In this document: one piece after another, positions 50,411-60,386 of the stretch
How positions within the stretch are numbered: the first letter of the stretch is position 1
Layout of the letters: the number at the start of each line of letters is the position of its first letter
Source: Acidimicrobiia bacterium
Lineage (GTDB): Bacteria > Actinomycetota > Acidimicrobiia > IMCC26256 > JACDBD01
DNA length: 64,000 nt
Direction: 5' to 3'
Assembly: GCA_051002235.1 (NCBI GenBank)
Contig: JBPCMN010000034.1
Coordinates: 1,669 to 65,668 of the forward strand
Position numbers and translations under genes: made by a program
The notes under the pieces: model-generated
Seen by the model: only the letters and a program-made list of their open reading frames with translations
The model's database searches: none
Told to the model about the DNA's origin: nothing

Positions 50411-51370
50411 TTGCCTCGGGTTCTCGTCACCCGGCACCTGCCGGCGGGTGGGCTGGATCCGCTGGCCGAAGCCGGTCACGAGCTGGTCCAGCAGGCCGAC
50501 GACACTCCGTTCACGCATGACGAGCTCGTCGCCGCCGTCGCCGACACCGACGCCGTCGTATGCCTGCTCACCGACCGCATCGACGCCGAGGTCCTCGCCG
50601 CCGGCGCGCCCCGCCTCCGGGTGGTCGCCAACGTGGCGGTCGGCTACGACAACATCGACGTCCCGGCCGCCGAGGAGCAGGGCATCGCCGTCTGCAACAC
50701 CCCGGGCGTGCTCGACGAGACCACCGCCGACCTCGCGTTCCTCCTCATCCTGGCGGCGTCCCGACGGACGTCGGAGGCGGAAGCCGACCTGCGCGCCCGA
50801 CGTTGGGAGGGCTGGGACATCAACCAATACCTCGGCCGCGACGTGCACGGCGCCACCCTCGGCCTGGTCGGGTTCGGTCGCGTGGGCCAGGCGGTCGGGC
50901 GCCGGGCCGCCGGCTTCGGGATGCAGGTCCTCCACCACACCCGCCGCGACACCGGGCTCCCGGGCTGGGTCGCAGACCTCGACACCCTTCTCCGCGAGGC
51001 GGACATCCTCAGCGTGCACGTGCCGCTGGGCGACGGGACCACGCACCTCATCGACACCCGACGGCTCGCGCTCATGAAGCCCGACGCCGTCCTCGTGAAC
51101 ACCGCTCGTGGTCCGGTCGTCGACGAGGAGGCGCTCGCGATCGCGCTCGAGGACGGGAGGCTCTTCGCCGCCGGGCTCGACGTGTTCGAACGCGAGCCCG
51201 AGGTCCATCCCCGGCTGCTGGCGGCGCCCCACACCGTGCTGCTCCCGCACGTCGGAAGCGCATCGCTCGCGACGCGGACGCGCATGGCCCGCACCGCCGC
51301 GGAGGGCGCGCTGGCCGTGCTCGCCGGCGAGGTCCCGGCGAACCTGGTGACGAAGCCGCGGAAGAGCTAG
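50411..51370 (+). CDS. D-glycerate dehydrogenase / glyoxylate reductase
   Basis: VAVGYDNID, NTPGVLDETTAD, GLVGFGRVG, VNTARG, GLDVFERE, LPHVGSA. Confidence 0.9.
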   Translation: MPRVLVTRHLPAGGLDPLAEAGHELVQQADDTPFTHDELVAAVADTDAVVCLLTDRIDAEVLAAGAPRLRVVANVAVGYDNIDVPAAEEQGIAVCNTPGVLDETTADLAFLLILAASRRTSEAEADLRARRWEGWDINQYLGRDVHGATLGLVGFGRVGQAVGRRAAGFGMQVLHHTRRDTGLPGWVADLDTLLREADILSVHVPLGDGTTHLIDTRRLALMKPDAVLVNTARGPVVDEEALAIALEDGRLFAAGLDVFEREPEVHPRLLAAPHTVLLPHVGSASLATRTRMARTAAEGALAVLAGEVPANLVTKPRKS

Positions 51371-51416
51371 AGGCGGCCGTAGCTGCGGTCCGTCAGCGAC
51401 AACCGGAGGAGCACCC

Positions 51417-51970
51417 ATGGCGAACCGTCGAGTCGTGACCGGCGCCGACGCGAACGGAAGGCGGTCATCGCGAGCAACGAGGAGATCGAGCCGGTGACGG
51501 TTTCGCTCATGCCCGGCCTCGAGTTCGGCCTGGCGTGGGGCGCCGACGACACCGTGACGCTCCCGACCGATGGCGCCAGCGCAAACGCGCCCGCCTACTT
51601 CCCGCCCGAGCGGGGCTTCGGGTTCGCCTTCGTCACGATCCCGCCCGAGCCGCGGAGCGAACGGCCCGAAGGGGACTCGCCGGGTATCCCGGCGAGTCAG
51701 ACGAGCGAAGCCATGGGGGAGGTGGAGGACAAGCTCCCGGGACTCATTGCGCACATTGAGCCCGACCATCCCGGGATGCACACCACCGACACGATCGACT
51801 TCGACGTCGTGCTCTCGGGCGAGATCTGGCTCGAGCTCGACGACGGCGCCGAGGTCAAGCTCGAGACCGGTGACTGCGTGGTGCAGAACGGCACCCGCCA
51901 CTCCTGGCACAACCGCGCGTCGGAGCCCTGCATCCTCGCGGTCGCCCTGGTGGGCGCGCGCCGCACGTAG
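51417..51970 (+). pseudogene. Cupin domain protein with a one-base deletion near 51457
   Basis: GGAGG SD, MANRRVVTGADANG then KAVIASNEE in another frame; MHTTDTIDF..GDCVVQNGTRHSWHN. Confidence 0.7.
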
Positions 51971-52016
51971 CCGACGTGCCACCAATCCGCGTCGTGAAAT
52001 AGGGGCCGCGCGACCG

Positions 52017-52646
52017 TCAGGCGCCCTCGATCGGCGACGGGTCGAGCCCGAGCAGGTCGATGGTGGTCGCGCCGCGCTGCAACTCGCCGAAGAGGCGGGC
52101 TTCGTTGTCGGCGCGGGCGCGTCCCGCGGTCAACACGTCCTCGAGGCGGTCGCGGGGGACCACGGTTACCCCGTCGGCATCACCGACGATCCAGTCGCCC
52201 GGGTGCACCGGCACGTCGCCGACCTCGACCTGGGTGCCGATCGCGCCGGGGAGCGTCTTGGTCGCGCCCTTGAGCGCAACGCCGGTGGCGAACACCGGGA
52301 ACCGGTGCGCCTCGAGCACGGCCACGTCGCGCACGCCGCCGTCGATCACCAGACCGATCAGGCCCCGGGCCTCGGCCGCGGTCGTCAGAACCTCGCCGAA
52401 GTAGCCGAGCTCGCGCTCGATGCCGACGTCGACGACCACGACGCTGCCCGCGGGTGCCCGCGCGACCGCGACGTGGATCGCCAGGTTGTCGCCGGGCGTG
52501 CAGCGAGCGGGGAACGCCGGACCCGCGACCCGGGCGCCCGGCCACGCCGGCGCGATCCGCGCCCGCATCGGGTGCCCACCGCTCTCACCCAGCGCCGCCG
52601 CGCCCAGCGCGAGGAGGGCGGCGGCAGGGTCGGAAGCGCTCGGCAT
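52017..52646 (-). CDS. RraA family / HMG aldolase-like protein
   Basis: PGDNLAIH, GYFGEVL, IDGGVRD, PGDWIVGDADGV. Confidence 0.88.
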   Translation of the reverse strand: MPSASDPAAALLALGAAALGESGGHPMRARIAPAWPGARVAGPAFPARCTPGDNLAIHVAVARAPAGSVVVVDVGIERELGYFGEVLTTAAEARGLIGLVIDGGVRDVAVLEAHRFPVFATGVALKGATKTLPGAIGTQVEVGDVPVHPGDWIVGDADGVTVVPRDRLEDVLTAGRARADNEARLFGELQRGATTIDLLGLDPSPIEGA

Positions 52647-52664
52647 GGGTTCCCTCGACGAGAT

Positions 52665-52757
52665 TGGCGGAGGGAGAGGGATTTGAACCCTCGAGGAGCC
52701 TTAACGGCCCCTACTCGCTTAGCAGGCGAGCACCTTCGGCCTCTCGGTCATCCCTCC
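52665..52757 (-). tRNA. tRNA-Ser (GCT)
   Basis: GGAGGGA acceptor, CTCGC-CT-GCT-AA-GCGAG anticodon arm, long variable arm, encoded CCA. Confidence 0.96.
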
Positions 52758-52806
52758 GAACGCCACTGTACCGGCCGCCGGTCGCGGTCTTCAGGTGAGA
52801 TGGTCC

Positions 52807-53289
52807 TCAGGTGAGATGTCTCTCGAGCCGCTCCAGGGTGTGCTCCATCGCGCGCCGCGCGCGCTTGGGCCAACCCGCGGCCACGATGTACGTCCGCGTG
52901 AAGGGATCGGCCGTGGACCAGTCGTACGTCTCGCGCACACGCGTGCTCGTCTCGCCCTCGGGCTCGAGCTCGTAACGCCATCGGTGGCCACCGATGAGGC
53001 GACTCATGAACGCGGGCCGCGCCAGGCCCGGCTCCCACGCGATGCGGCGCCCCTCCTCGAACTCCACGACCTCGTTGCTCATCGAGTACGGCATCCCCCA
53101 CCGCATGGCCATCCCGAACATGGCGCCGAGCGCGAGGCGGTCAGGCCCGTCGGTAGGGGCGTCGCGCACCATGCCCGAGCCGTCGATCTCGGGATGCTGC
53201 GCCGGGTCGGCCAGGACCGCGAACACCTTCTCGGGCGGCGCCGCGATCAGGCGCTCGGCCGACACCGACTGCGTGCGGGTTTTCGTCAT
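52807..53289 (-). CDS. SRPBCC family protein
   Basis: IAAPPEKVFAVLADP..IDGSGMV..EGRRIAW..WRYELEP..ETYDWS. Confidence 0.88.
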   Translation of the reverse strand: MTKTRTQSVSAERLIAAPPEKVFAVLADPAQHPEIDGSGMVRDAPTDGPDRLALGAMFGMAMRWGMPYSMSNEVVEFEEGRRIAWEPGLARPAFMSRLIGGHRWRYELEPEGETSTRVRETYDWSTADPFTRTYIVAAGWPKRARRAMEHTLERLERHLT

Positions 53290-53313
53290 GGCCCGAGACG
53301 GTACCGTCAGCAC

Positions 53314-54333
53314 GTGCATCCCGCCGAGGTGCTGGATCAGGTCGCCACGCTGCTCGAGCGGAGCCTCGCGCCCGCGTACAAGGTGCAGGCGTTCCGGCGG
53401 GCCGCCGACACGATCCGCGACCGCCCGGTCGAGCAGCTCGAGCAGCTGGCGAAGGCGGGACGGCTGCTGTCACTCTCCGGCGTGGGAACGTCGACGAGCC
53501 GGGTCATCGCCGAGGTGCTCGAAGGCAAGACCCCGAAGTACCTGACCAACCTGGAGGCCGAGGCCGCGCCCGACGCGGGGGCCGGTGGTGAGATCCGCAC
53601 GGCGCTGCGAGGCGACCTGCACTCGCATTCCGACTGGTCCGACGGCGGCGCCACCATCCAGCAGATGGCGACCGCGGCGCGCGATCTCGGCCACGACTAC
53701 CTCGCGCTCACCGACCACTCGCCGTCGCTGAAGATCGCGCGCGGACTCACCGCCGAGCGGCTCCGCAAGCAGCTCGACGTGGTCGCCGGGCTCAACCAGG
53801 AGCTGGCGCCGTTCCGCATCCTCACCGGGGCCGAGGTCGACATCCTCGAGGACGGTTCGCTCGACCAAGAGGACGACCTGCTCGCCGAGCTCGACCTGGT
53901 GGTGGCGAGCGTGCACTCCAAGCTGCGAATGCCGGAGCAGCCGATGACCGACCGGATGGTGGCGGCGATGGCGAACCCGCACGCCGACGTCCTCGGCCAC
54001 TGCACCGGCCGCATGGTCCGGGGGCGGGGGCGACCGGAGTCGACCTTCGATCCCGATCTCGTCTTCGGCGCCTGCGCCCATTTCGACAAGGCGGTCGAGA
54101 TCAACTGCCGGCCCGAGCGGCTCGACCCGCCGATGCGCCTCCTCGAGCAGGTGGTCTCGTGGAAGTGCAAGGTGTCGATCGACAGCGACGCCCACGCCAT
54201 GGGCCAACTCGAATGGCAGCCCTACGGCTGCGCCCGCGCCGCCGAGGCCGGCGTTCCCGTCGAACGGATCGTCAACACGTGGAAGGCCGACGACCTGCTC
54301 GACTGGACGGCCGCGCACGGCAAGGCCGCGTGA
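53314..54333 (+). CDS. PHP domain protein with N-terminal PolX-like helix-hairpin-helix
   Basis: YKVQAFRRAA, GDLHSHSDWSDG, LTDHSP, SVHSKL, GHCTGR, DSDAH. Confidence 0.9.
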   Translation: MHPAEVLDQVATLLERSLAPAYKVQAFRRAADTIRDRPVEQLEQLAKAGRLLSLSGVGTSTSRVIAEVLEGKTPKYLTNLEAEAAPDAGAGGEIRTALRGDLHSHSDWSDGGATIQQMATAARDLGHDYLALTDHSPSLKIARGLTAERLRKQLDVVAGLNQELAPFRILTGAEVDILEDGSLDQEDDLLAELDLVVASVHSKLRMPEQPMTDRMVAAMANPHADVLGHCTGRMVRGRGRPESTFDPDLVFGACAHFDKAVEINCRPERLDPPMRLLEQVVSWKCKVSIDSDAHAMGQLEWQPYGCARAAEAGVPVERIVNTWKADDLLDWTAAHGKAA

Positions 54334-54348
54334 GGCGAGCGGGAAGAT

Positions 54349-55056
54349 ATGACCGACGCGACAGAGCCGATCGAGGAGCAGGTCGAGCTCCCACCGATCA
54401 ACTTCAAGTCGATCGCCTTCGGCAGTGGGCCGCGGTTCGCCCGCGACGCGTTCGGCCCGGTGCTCACCTTCTACGTCGTGTGGAAGCTGGCCGGGATCGT
54501 GTGGGGCATCCTCGCCGCTACCGCGGTGGCGCTGATCGCGTTGCGCTACGAGCGATCGCGGGACCGCACGGGCATCCTCGTGCGCCTCTCGCTCGTACTC
54601 GTGCTGGTCCAGGCGGTGGTCGGGATCGCGACCCGCAGCGCCGAGCTCTACCTCATCCAGCCGGTGATCATCAGCGGGCTTTGGGGTCTCGCCTTCATCG
54701 GATCGGCGCGGTTCGGCAAGCCCCTGACGGCGGTGTTCGCCAACGAGCTGTTTCCCTTCCCGGAGGAGGTCCGGAGCTCGGAGACGTTCCGGCGGGTGTT
54801 CACCCGCTTGTCGTACGCGTGGGGTGCCTACCAGCTGTTCCGCAGTGCGCTGAGAGCGGCCACGCTGCTCGGTCTGGGCGTCGACCTCTACGTCGTGGTG
54901 AACCTGGCGACGGGTGTCCCCATGGTCATGGGGATGATGTCGTGGTCGATCTGGTACGCGGTGCGCGGCTTCCGTCGCAGCGAGGAGTGGGGCTCGGCGA
55001 TCGAGGCGATGGAGGCGGGGACGCTGCCACCGGGCGCGGAGCCCAGCGAGGCGTAG
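54349..55056 (+). CDS. VC0807/DUF3159-like membrane protein
   Basis: About 6 TM; LYLIQPV, GSARFGKPL, FRRVFTRLSYAWG. Confidence 0.65.
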   Translation: MTDATEPIEEQVELPPINFKSIAFGSGPRFARDAFGPVLTFYVVWKLAGIVWGILAATAVALIALRYERSRDRTGILVRLSLVLVLVQAVVGIATRSAELYLIQPVIISGLWGLAFIGSARFGKPLTAVFANELFPFPEEVRSSETFRRVFTRLSYAWGAYQLFRSALRAATLLGLGVDLYVVVNLATGVPMVMGMMSWSIWYAVRGFRRSEEWGSAIEAMEAGTLPPGAEPSEA

Positions 55057-55058
55057 CC

Positions 55059-55526
55059 CTACAGCTCGAGCGCGAGGTACCGGGCGTCGGGCCGCGGGTT
55101 GTACCGGTATGGGGGTACGTCGCGAAAGCCGAGCGACCAGTAGAGCGCGTTGGCGGCCTCCAATTCGCGCACGGTGTCGAGGAGCATCCGGGTGTAACCG
55201 AGCGTCCTCGCGGCCGCGATGACGTCCTCCGCCAGGCGACGTCCCAGCCGGCTCCCCCGATGCTCCGGACGCACGAACATCCGCTTCATCTCGCACGTCG
55301 GCCCATCGAAGCAGCACAGCGCAACGACACCGGCAGGCGCCCCGTCGACAAAGCCGATCAGCGCCGAGCCCGCGGGCGGCCCGTAATGGGCGGGGAGGTC
55401 GTCCAGCTCGGCCTCGACATCCTGGAAGTCGACCTCGAACGGCAACGACGCCAGGTACTCGGAGATCAGTTCACGAACCAGGCGGTAGTCGTCCTCGCCG
55501 ACCGCGGCCCGGACCTCCAGGGTCAC
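55059..55526 (-). CDS. GNAT family acetyltransferase
   Basis: CEMKRMFVRPEHRGSRLGR, MLLDT, ANALYWSLGF. Confidence 0.9.
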   Translation of the reverse strand: MTLEVRAAVGEDDYRLVRELISEYLASLPFEVDFQDVEAELDDLPAHYGPPAGSALIGFVDGAPAGVVALCCFDGPTCEMKRMFVRPEHRGSRLGRRLAEDVIAAARTLGYTRMLLDTVRELEAANALYWSLGFRDVPPYRYNPRPDARYLALEL

Positions 55527-57133
55527 ATCAGCGCCGGGCGAGGCTCGCCGTCGAGCCAGACGACCACGCCCTCCCACGGTCCCAGCGCGAGCGCGCCGTC
55601 CGCCCGCTCACCGTCGCGGGCGCGGTCGGTGCCGATCCGCACGATGCCGTCGACGCCGCCGACGGTGGCGGGGGCGTCGCCGAGGTTCAGCGCCACGACG
55701 ACGCGCTCGCCCCGCCGCCACGCCCACAGCCCGCCGTCAGCCGCGATCGTCTCGTACGTCCCGTCGCGGAGGTCGGGCACCGCGTCACGGAGGCCGATGA
55801 GGTCGCGGCAGAGTGCGAGCATCGAGTTTGGATCGCGGCGCTGGTCGGCGACGTTGCAGGCGGCGAAGTCGCCGAACGGCAGCCACGGCTCGGCGGCAGG
55901 ATTGGTGGAGAAGCCACCCCCGGGCCCGGCATCCCACTGCATGGGGGTGCGTGCCGGATCGCGTCCCGCGAGCGGGTGGAACCGGAGGCCGACCGGGTCG
56001 CGCAGCCGCTCGCGCGGGACGTCGGTGTCGGACATGCCGATCTCGTCGCCGTAGTAGAGGAAGGCCGTGCCGCGCAGGGTCAGCGTCATCATCAGGGCGC
56101 AGCGGGCGCGCGCCGGGTCGTTGTCGCCCCAGCGGGTCGGGAACCGCGACACGTCGTGATTGCCGGCGGTCCAGACCGGCCAGCAGCCGGGCGGGATCTC
56201 GGCTTCGGTCTCCTCGACCACCCCCCGCAGCGCGGCGGGCTCGAACTTCGTGTGGAGCAACGGGATGTTGAAGGCGAGGTTGAGCTCGTCGTCGGCGCCG
56301 TAGAAGGAGGCCATCGTGGGGACGTCGAACACGAACGTCTCGCCGACCAGCATCCGCGCCGGGTCGTAGGAGTCGGCGACGGCACGCCAGCGGCGGATGA
56401 CGTCGTGTACCTCCGGGCGGCACTGGTTGTAGACGGGCCGCTGGCCGCGGAGCTGGTCCATCCAGTGGTCGGCGTCGGTGACCGGCGGGTTGTCGCGGAG
56501 TTCCTTGTCCTTGACGACCATGTGGGCGACGTCGATGCGGAAGCCGGCGACGCCGCGGTCGAACCAGAACCGCAGGATGCGGTCGAACTCGGCCCGCACC
56601 TCCTCGTTCCACCAGTTGAGGTCGGGCTGCCGGGGGGTGAAGTTGTGCAGGTAGTACTGGCCGGTGGCGTCGTCGAGGGTCCAGGCGGGCCCGCCGAAGC
56701 TGCTCACCCAGTTGTTGGGGGGCGAGCCGTCGGCCTTGGAGTCGGCCCACACGTACCAGTCGCGCTTCGGGTTGTCGGGCGACGAGCGCGACTCGGCGAA
56801 CCACGGGTGCTCGATGCTGGTGTGGTTGGGAACGATGTCGAGGATGATCTTGATGTCGCGTTCGCCGGTGGCGGCGATGAGCTCGTCGACGTCGGCCAGC
56901 GTGCCGAGCCCGGGTTGCACGCCGGTGTAGTCGGCGACGTCATAGCCCCAGTCGGCGTCGGGCGACACCATGATCGGAGAGAGCCAGACGCCGTCGACGC
57001 CGAGCCAGCCGAGGTGGTCGAGCCGGTCGATGACACCGCGGAGGTCGCCGACCCCGTCGCCATCCGAGTCCGCCCAACTACGGGGATAGATCTGATAGTG
57101 GACGCCGTCCCGCCACCACACCCGTTCGGCCAC
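55523..57133 (-). CDS. GH13 alpha-glucosidase
   Basis: YQIYPRSW.DSDGDGVGDL, DIVPNHTS, GFRIDVAH, VGE, NHD, YYGDEIG. Confidence 0.93.
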   Translation of the reverse strand: MAERVWWRDGVHYQIYPRSWADSDGDGVGDLRGVIDRLDHLGWLGVDGVWLSPIMVSPDADWGYDVADYTGVQPGLGTLADVDELIAATGERDIKIILDIVPNHTSIEHPWFAESRSSPDNPKRDWYVWADSKADGSPPNNWVSSFGGPAWTLDDATGQYYLHNFTPRQPDLNWWNEEVRAEFDRILRFWFDRGVAGFRIDVAHMVVKDKELRDNPPVTDADHWMDQLRGQRPVYNQCRPEVHDVIRRWRAVADSYDPARMLVGETFVFDVPTMASFYGADDELNLAFNIPLLHTKFEPAALRGVVEETEAEIPPGCWPVWTAGNHDVSRFPTRWGDNDPARARCALMMTLTLRGTAFLYYGDEIGMSDTDVPRERLRDPVGLRFHPLAGRDPARTPMQWDAGPGGGFSTNPAAEPWLPFGDFAACNVADQRRDPNSMLALCRDLIGLRDAVPDLRDGTYETIAADGGLWAWRRGERVVVALNLGDAPATVGGVDGIVRIGTDRARDGERADGALALGPWEGVVVWLDGEPRPALM

Positions 57134-57149
57134 GGCGGGGAGCGTAGAG

Positions 57150-57234
57150 CGGAGGGAGTGGGATTCGAACCCACGGAGGCTTGCGCCTCAACGATTTTCA
57201 AGACCGTCCCGTTCGGCCGCTCCGGCACCCCTCC
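57150..57234 (-). tRNA. tRNA-Ser (TGA)
   Basis: GGAGGGG acceptor, ACGGT-CT-TGA-AA-ATCGT anticodon arm, long variable arm, GGTTCGAATCC. Confidence 0.95.
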
Positions 57235-57244
57235 GGTGCCCAGG

Positions 57245-58501
57245 TTACGGCGGCCTTGGCTCCACCCGGTCGAAGCCGCACAGCGGGATCAGCACCTCGG
57301 GCACGGCGAAGGACCCGTCGGGCCGTTGGTAGTGCTCGAACAGGTTCACCAGCGTGCGGCCGACGGCACAGGCGGTGCCGTTGAGTGTGTGCACCAACTC
57401 GGTGCTCTTCCCGGTCCGCAGGCGGGTTGCGAGGCGGCGGGCCGAGTAGTCGGTGTAGTTCGAGCACGACGTGACCTCGCGGTACCGCCCTTCCGAGGGC
57501 AGCCAGGTCTCGATGTCGTACTTGCGGGCCGCGGCCGCGCCGAGATCGCCGGCGGCAATGTCCACCACCCGATAGGGAAGACCGAGCCCGGACACGATCG
57601 ACTCCTGGAGCGCCACCAGGGCGTCGAGCTCCTCCCATGACCGGTCGGGATGGGCGAACGAGAACATCTCGACCTTGTCGAACTGGTGCACCCGGAAGAT
57701 GCCGCGCGTGTCCTTGCCGTACGTGCCCGCTTCCCGGCGGAAACAAGTGGAGAAGCCGCCGTACCGCAGCGGGAGCTGGTCCTCGTCGAGGATCTCGGCG
57801 CGGTGCAGTCCCGACAGCGGGATCTCGCTGGTGCCGACCAGGAAGAGCTCGCCCCCGTCGACCTCGTAGACCTGGTGCCGGTCGGTGGGAAAGAAGCCCG
57901 CCTCCTCCATCGCCCGCTCGCGCACGAGGACGGGCGGGACCACCGGCGTGAAGCCCTCGGCCGCCAGCTTCCCCATCACCCACTGCACGAGCGCGAGCTC
58001 GACCAGCACCGCTTCCCGCATGAGGTAGGCAAAGCGCGAGCCGCTCATCTCGGCCGCGTGCTCGGTGTCGACGAAGCCGATCTGCTCCCCGAACATGGCG
58101 TGGTCGTGCGCGGGCGCGGCGCCCGGCTCGCCCGCCGTCCGCACGACCGCGGCGTCGTCCTCGCCGCCGTCGGGCACCGACTCGTGCGCGGGGTTGGGCA
58201 CCTGCAGCGCGAGCTCACGCAGCCGGGCTTCGGCTTCGGCCAGCACCGGCTCCTTGGCCGCGAGCTCGTCCTTGAGCGCGGACGCGGCGGCGATCTTGGC
58301 CGGACGGTCGTCGGGCGCGGCCTTGCCGATCTCCTTCGAGGCGGCGTTCTGGCGCGCTCGCAGCTGTTCGGCGTCGTTGAGCAGGGCGCGGTAGGCCTCG
58401 TCCGCGGCCAGTACCCGATCGAGGAGCCCCTCCTCGATCCGCTTGCGCTCGATGCCCTCGCGGTAATCCGGCTCGTCGCGCAGGCGCCGCAGGTCGATCA
58501 C
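57245..58501 (-). CDS. serS: Serine--tRNA ligase
   Basis: VGTSE, CFRREAG..GIFRVHQFDKVE, EVTSCSN, HTLNGT. Confidence 0.97.
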   Translation of the reverse strand: MIDLRRLRDEPDYREGIERKRIEEGLLDRVLAADEAYRALLNDAEQLRARQNAASKEIGKAAPDDRPAKIAAASALKDELAAKEPVLAEAEARLRELALQVPNPAHESVPDGGEDDAAVVRTAGEPGAAPAHDHAMFGEQIGFVDTEHAAEMSGSRFAYLMREAVLVELALVQWVMGKLAAEGFTPVVPPVLVRERAMEEAGFFPTDRHQVYEVDGGELFLVGTSEIPLSGLHRAEILDEDQLPLRYGGFSTCFRREAGTYGKDTRGIFRVHQFDKVEMFSFAHPDRSWEELDALVALQESIVSGLGLPYRVVDIAAGDLGAAAARKYDIETWLPSEGRYREVTSCSNYTDYSARRLATRLRTGKSTELVHTLNGTACAVGRTLVNLFEHYQRPDGSFAVPEVLIPLCGFDRVEPRPP

Positions 58502-59436
58502 GGGGCCTCGCCCGTCGGCCGCATCAGCCCGCGCACGCCGTCGATCCACTCCCCCGCCTCGCGCCACGCCTTGCCCGCGGCCTCCCGGCGGGCGTGGGTG
58601 TCCTCAGCGCCCGCCACGGGGTACGAGCCGAGAAACTTCACGTCGGCGGTCTTCGCCCGCAGGTTGCGCAGGCAGTCGGCCACGAGCTCGTCGACGACAT
58701 GGCCGTCGAAATCGATGAAGAAGCAGTAGTCGCCCAAGCTCCGCTTGGTCGGACGCGACTCGAGCTTGGTGAGGTTGATGGCGCGGGCGGCGAACTCCTG
58801 GAGCATCGCCAGCAGCGAACCAGGCTGGTCCTCGCGCTGGAAGCAGACGATCGACGTCTTGTCGTGCCCGGTGGGTGCGGGCACACCGTGCCCGACGAGC
58901 ACGAACCGGGTCTGGTTCTCGGGATGGTCCTCGATGTCCTTGGCGACGACCTCGAGGCCGTTGAGCTGGGCGGCGTACTCGGTGCAGACCGCGGCGACGG
59001 GCTCGTCGGGCGTGGCAGCCACCTGCTCCGCAGCCTCGGCGGTGGAGTTGGTCACGACGGTCTCGGCGTGGGGCAGCTCGCGGCTCAACCACACCCGGCA
59101 CTGCCCGAGCGGGTTGGGGTGCGAGAGAACCGTGCGCACCGCGCCCAGCTTGGTGCCCGGGCGGGTGCAGAGGTTGAGCGAGATGGGCAGGTCGACTTCG
59201 CGCTGGATCAGCAGGTCGGTGTCGAAGGCCAGCGTGTCGAGCGTGACCGTGACGGTGCCCTCGATCGAGTTCTCGATCGGTACCAGGCCGACTTCGACGT
59301 CGCCTCGCTCCGCTGCGCCGATCACATCGGGCACCGACCGCAGCGGCGTCAGGTCCTGGCCGGCGAGATCGGGCTGGGTGAGGATCGCTTCCTCGGCGAA
59401 CGTCCCGTGCGGGCCCAGAAAACCAACTCGCGTCAT
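58498..59436 (-). CDS. pheA: Prephenate dehydratase
   Basis: FLGPHGTF, PIENSIEG, NQTRF, INLTKLESRP, FLGSYP. Confidence 0.96.
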   Translation of the reverse strand: MTRVGFLGPHGTFAEEAILTQPDLAGQDLTPLRSVPDVIGAAERGDVEVGLVPIENSIEGTVTVTLDTLAFDTDLLIQREVDLPISLNLCTRPGTKLGAVRTVLSHPNPLGQCRVWLSRELPHAETVVTNSTAEAAEQVAATPDEPVAAVCTEYAAQLNGLEVVAKDIEDHPENQTRFVLVGHGVPAPTGHDKTSIVCFQREDQPGSLLAMLQEFAARAINLTKLESRPTKRSLGDYCFFIDFDGHVVDELVADCLRNLRAKTADVKFLGSYPVAGAEDTHARREAAGKAWREAGEWIDGVRGLMRPTGEAP

Positions 59437-59446
59437 CCTCCATTGC

Positions 59447-59491
59447 CTCGCTCGCTGCGGCGCAGGGTACCTGCGCCGCAGTCGCTCGCTC
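59447..59491. repeat. REP-like palindromic element
   Basis: 12-bp stem CTGCGGCGCAGG-gta-CCTGCGCCGCAG flanked by CTCGCT repeats. Confidence 0.5.
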
Positions 59492-59573
59492 GGACGCCAA
59501 GTCGGACGACGATGCTCGGCCGTGCCGCACTCATCGCCCGATCGTAGTTGTGGGTGTCGCGCGTTCTTCGGAG

Positions 59574-60299
59574 TTACGCCGGGCTGAGGGTGGCGTTGGT
59601 GACCTCGACCGTGAACTGCCCACACCACACGAGCACGGTCCACCCGGCGCCGGGCTGCACGTCGGCGGGGACGGCGTAGTCGGACGTGTCGCCGACATTG
59701 CCGCGCAGCCCGCCCAGGTTCGACCCACCCGGGCGGCGCTCATCGTTGCCTTCGATGAGGTACACGATGGGATCGGGCGTGCCCTCGATGTCGAAGCCGG
59801 TGAACCGGACGACGTAGGTCCCGTCGGTGTTCTGGATCAGGTCGACGGTCCCCGACGCGTCGTGGCCGGCGAGGCCCTGGAGCACGCCGGTGGCCACCCG
59901 CACCGGCTGGGTCGGCGCTTCCGGCGCGGGGGCTGCGCCCGTGGCGGGCGGCTCCTCGGCGTCGGAGGCGTCGGCGACCGGGCCCTCGACCAGCTTGGTG
60001 TTGTCGGTCTCGTCGACGTAGTACGGCCGGACGATCCACGTGGCCAGGGCGAGGATGACACCGGTGAGCACGAGCGGCGCGACCCACGCCCAGCGGACGA
60101 ACCGCCGCAGCACGAACGCGAGCGCGACATAGCCGCCGACGAGCACGGCCACCGTGAGCAGCCCCCGGCCGGCCCGGAAGACGCTGCGGGCGGCCTCGTT
60201 CTTGTCGACGAAGAAGAAGCCGAACGTGGCGAGGAACGCGATCGCCGGCAGCGCTCGAACGGGCCACTGCCACCACTGTGTCCTCGTCGGCATGTGCAC
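59574..60299 (-). CDS. DM13 domain membrane protein
   Basis: 3 TM then [35 protein letters not shown]. Confidence 0.8.
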   Translation of the reverse strand: MHMPTRTQWWQWPVRALPAIAFLATFGFFFVDKNEAARSVFRAGRGLLTVAVLVGGYVALAFVLRRFVRWAWVAPLVLTGVILALATWIVRPYYVDETDNTKLVEGPVADASDAEEPPATGAAPAPEAPTQPVRVATGVLQGLAGHDASGTVDLIQNTDGTYVVRFTGFDIEGTPDPIVYLIEGNDERRPGGSNLGGLRGNVGDTSDYAVPADVQPGAGWTVLVWCGQFTVEVTNATLSPA

Positions 60300-60386
60300 A
60301 GGATTGCAGGCCGAGGCCGGCTCGGGACATCGGGGCCGGCGCTACGGTGCCTGCCCGTGGCGATCCCGACGGCGACGCGGACGTTC

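Noticed and set aside
57150-57234. tRNA as opal suppressor or tRNA-Sec explaining in-frame TGAs
   Set aside because: Anticodon TGA reads UCA (Ser); tRNA-Sec needs a TCA anticodon and a longer acceptor stem
59437-59570. Phe-rich leader peptide attenuator for pheA
   Set aside because: No Phe-codon-rich short ORF found; hairpin better explained as the REP-like element
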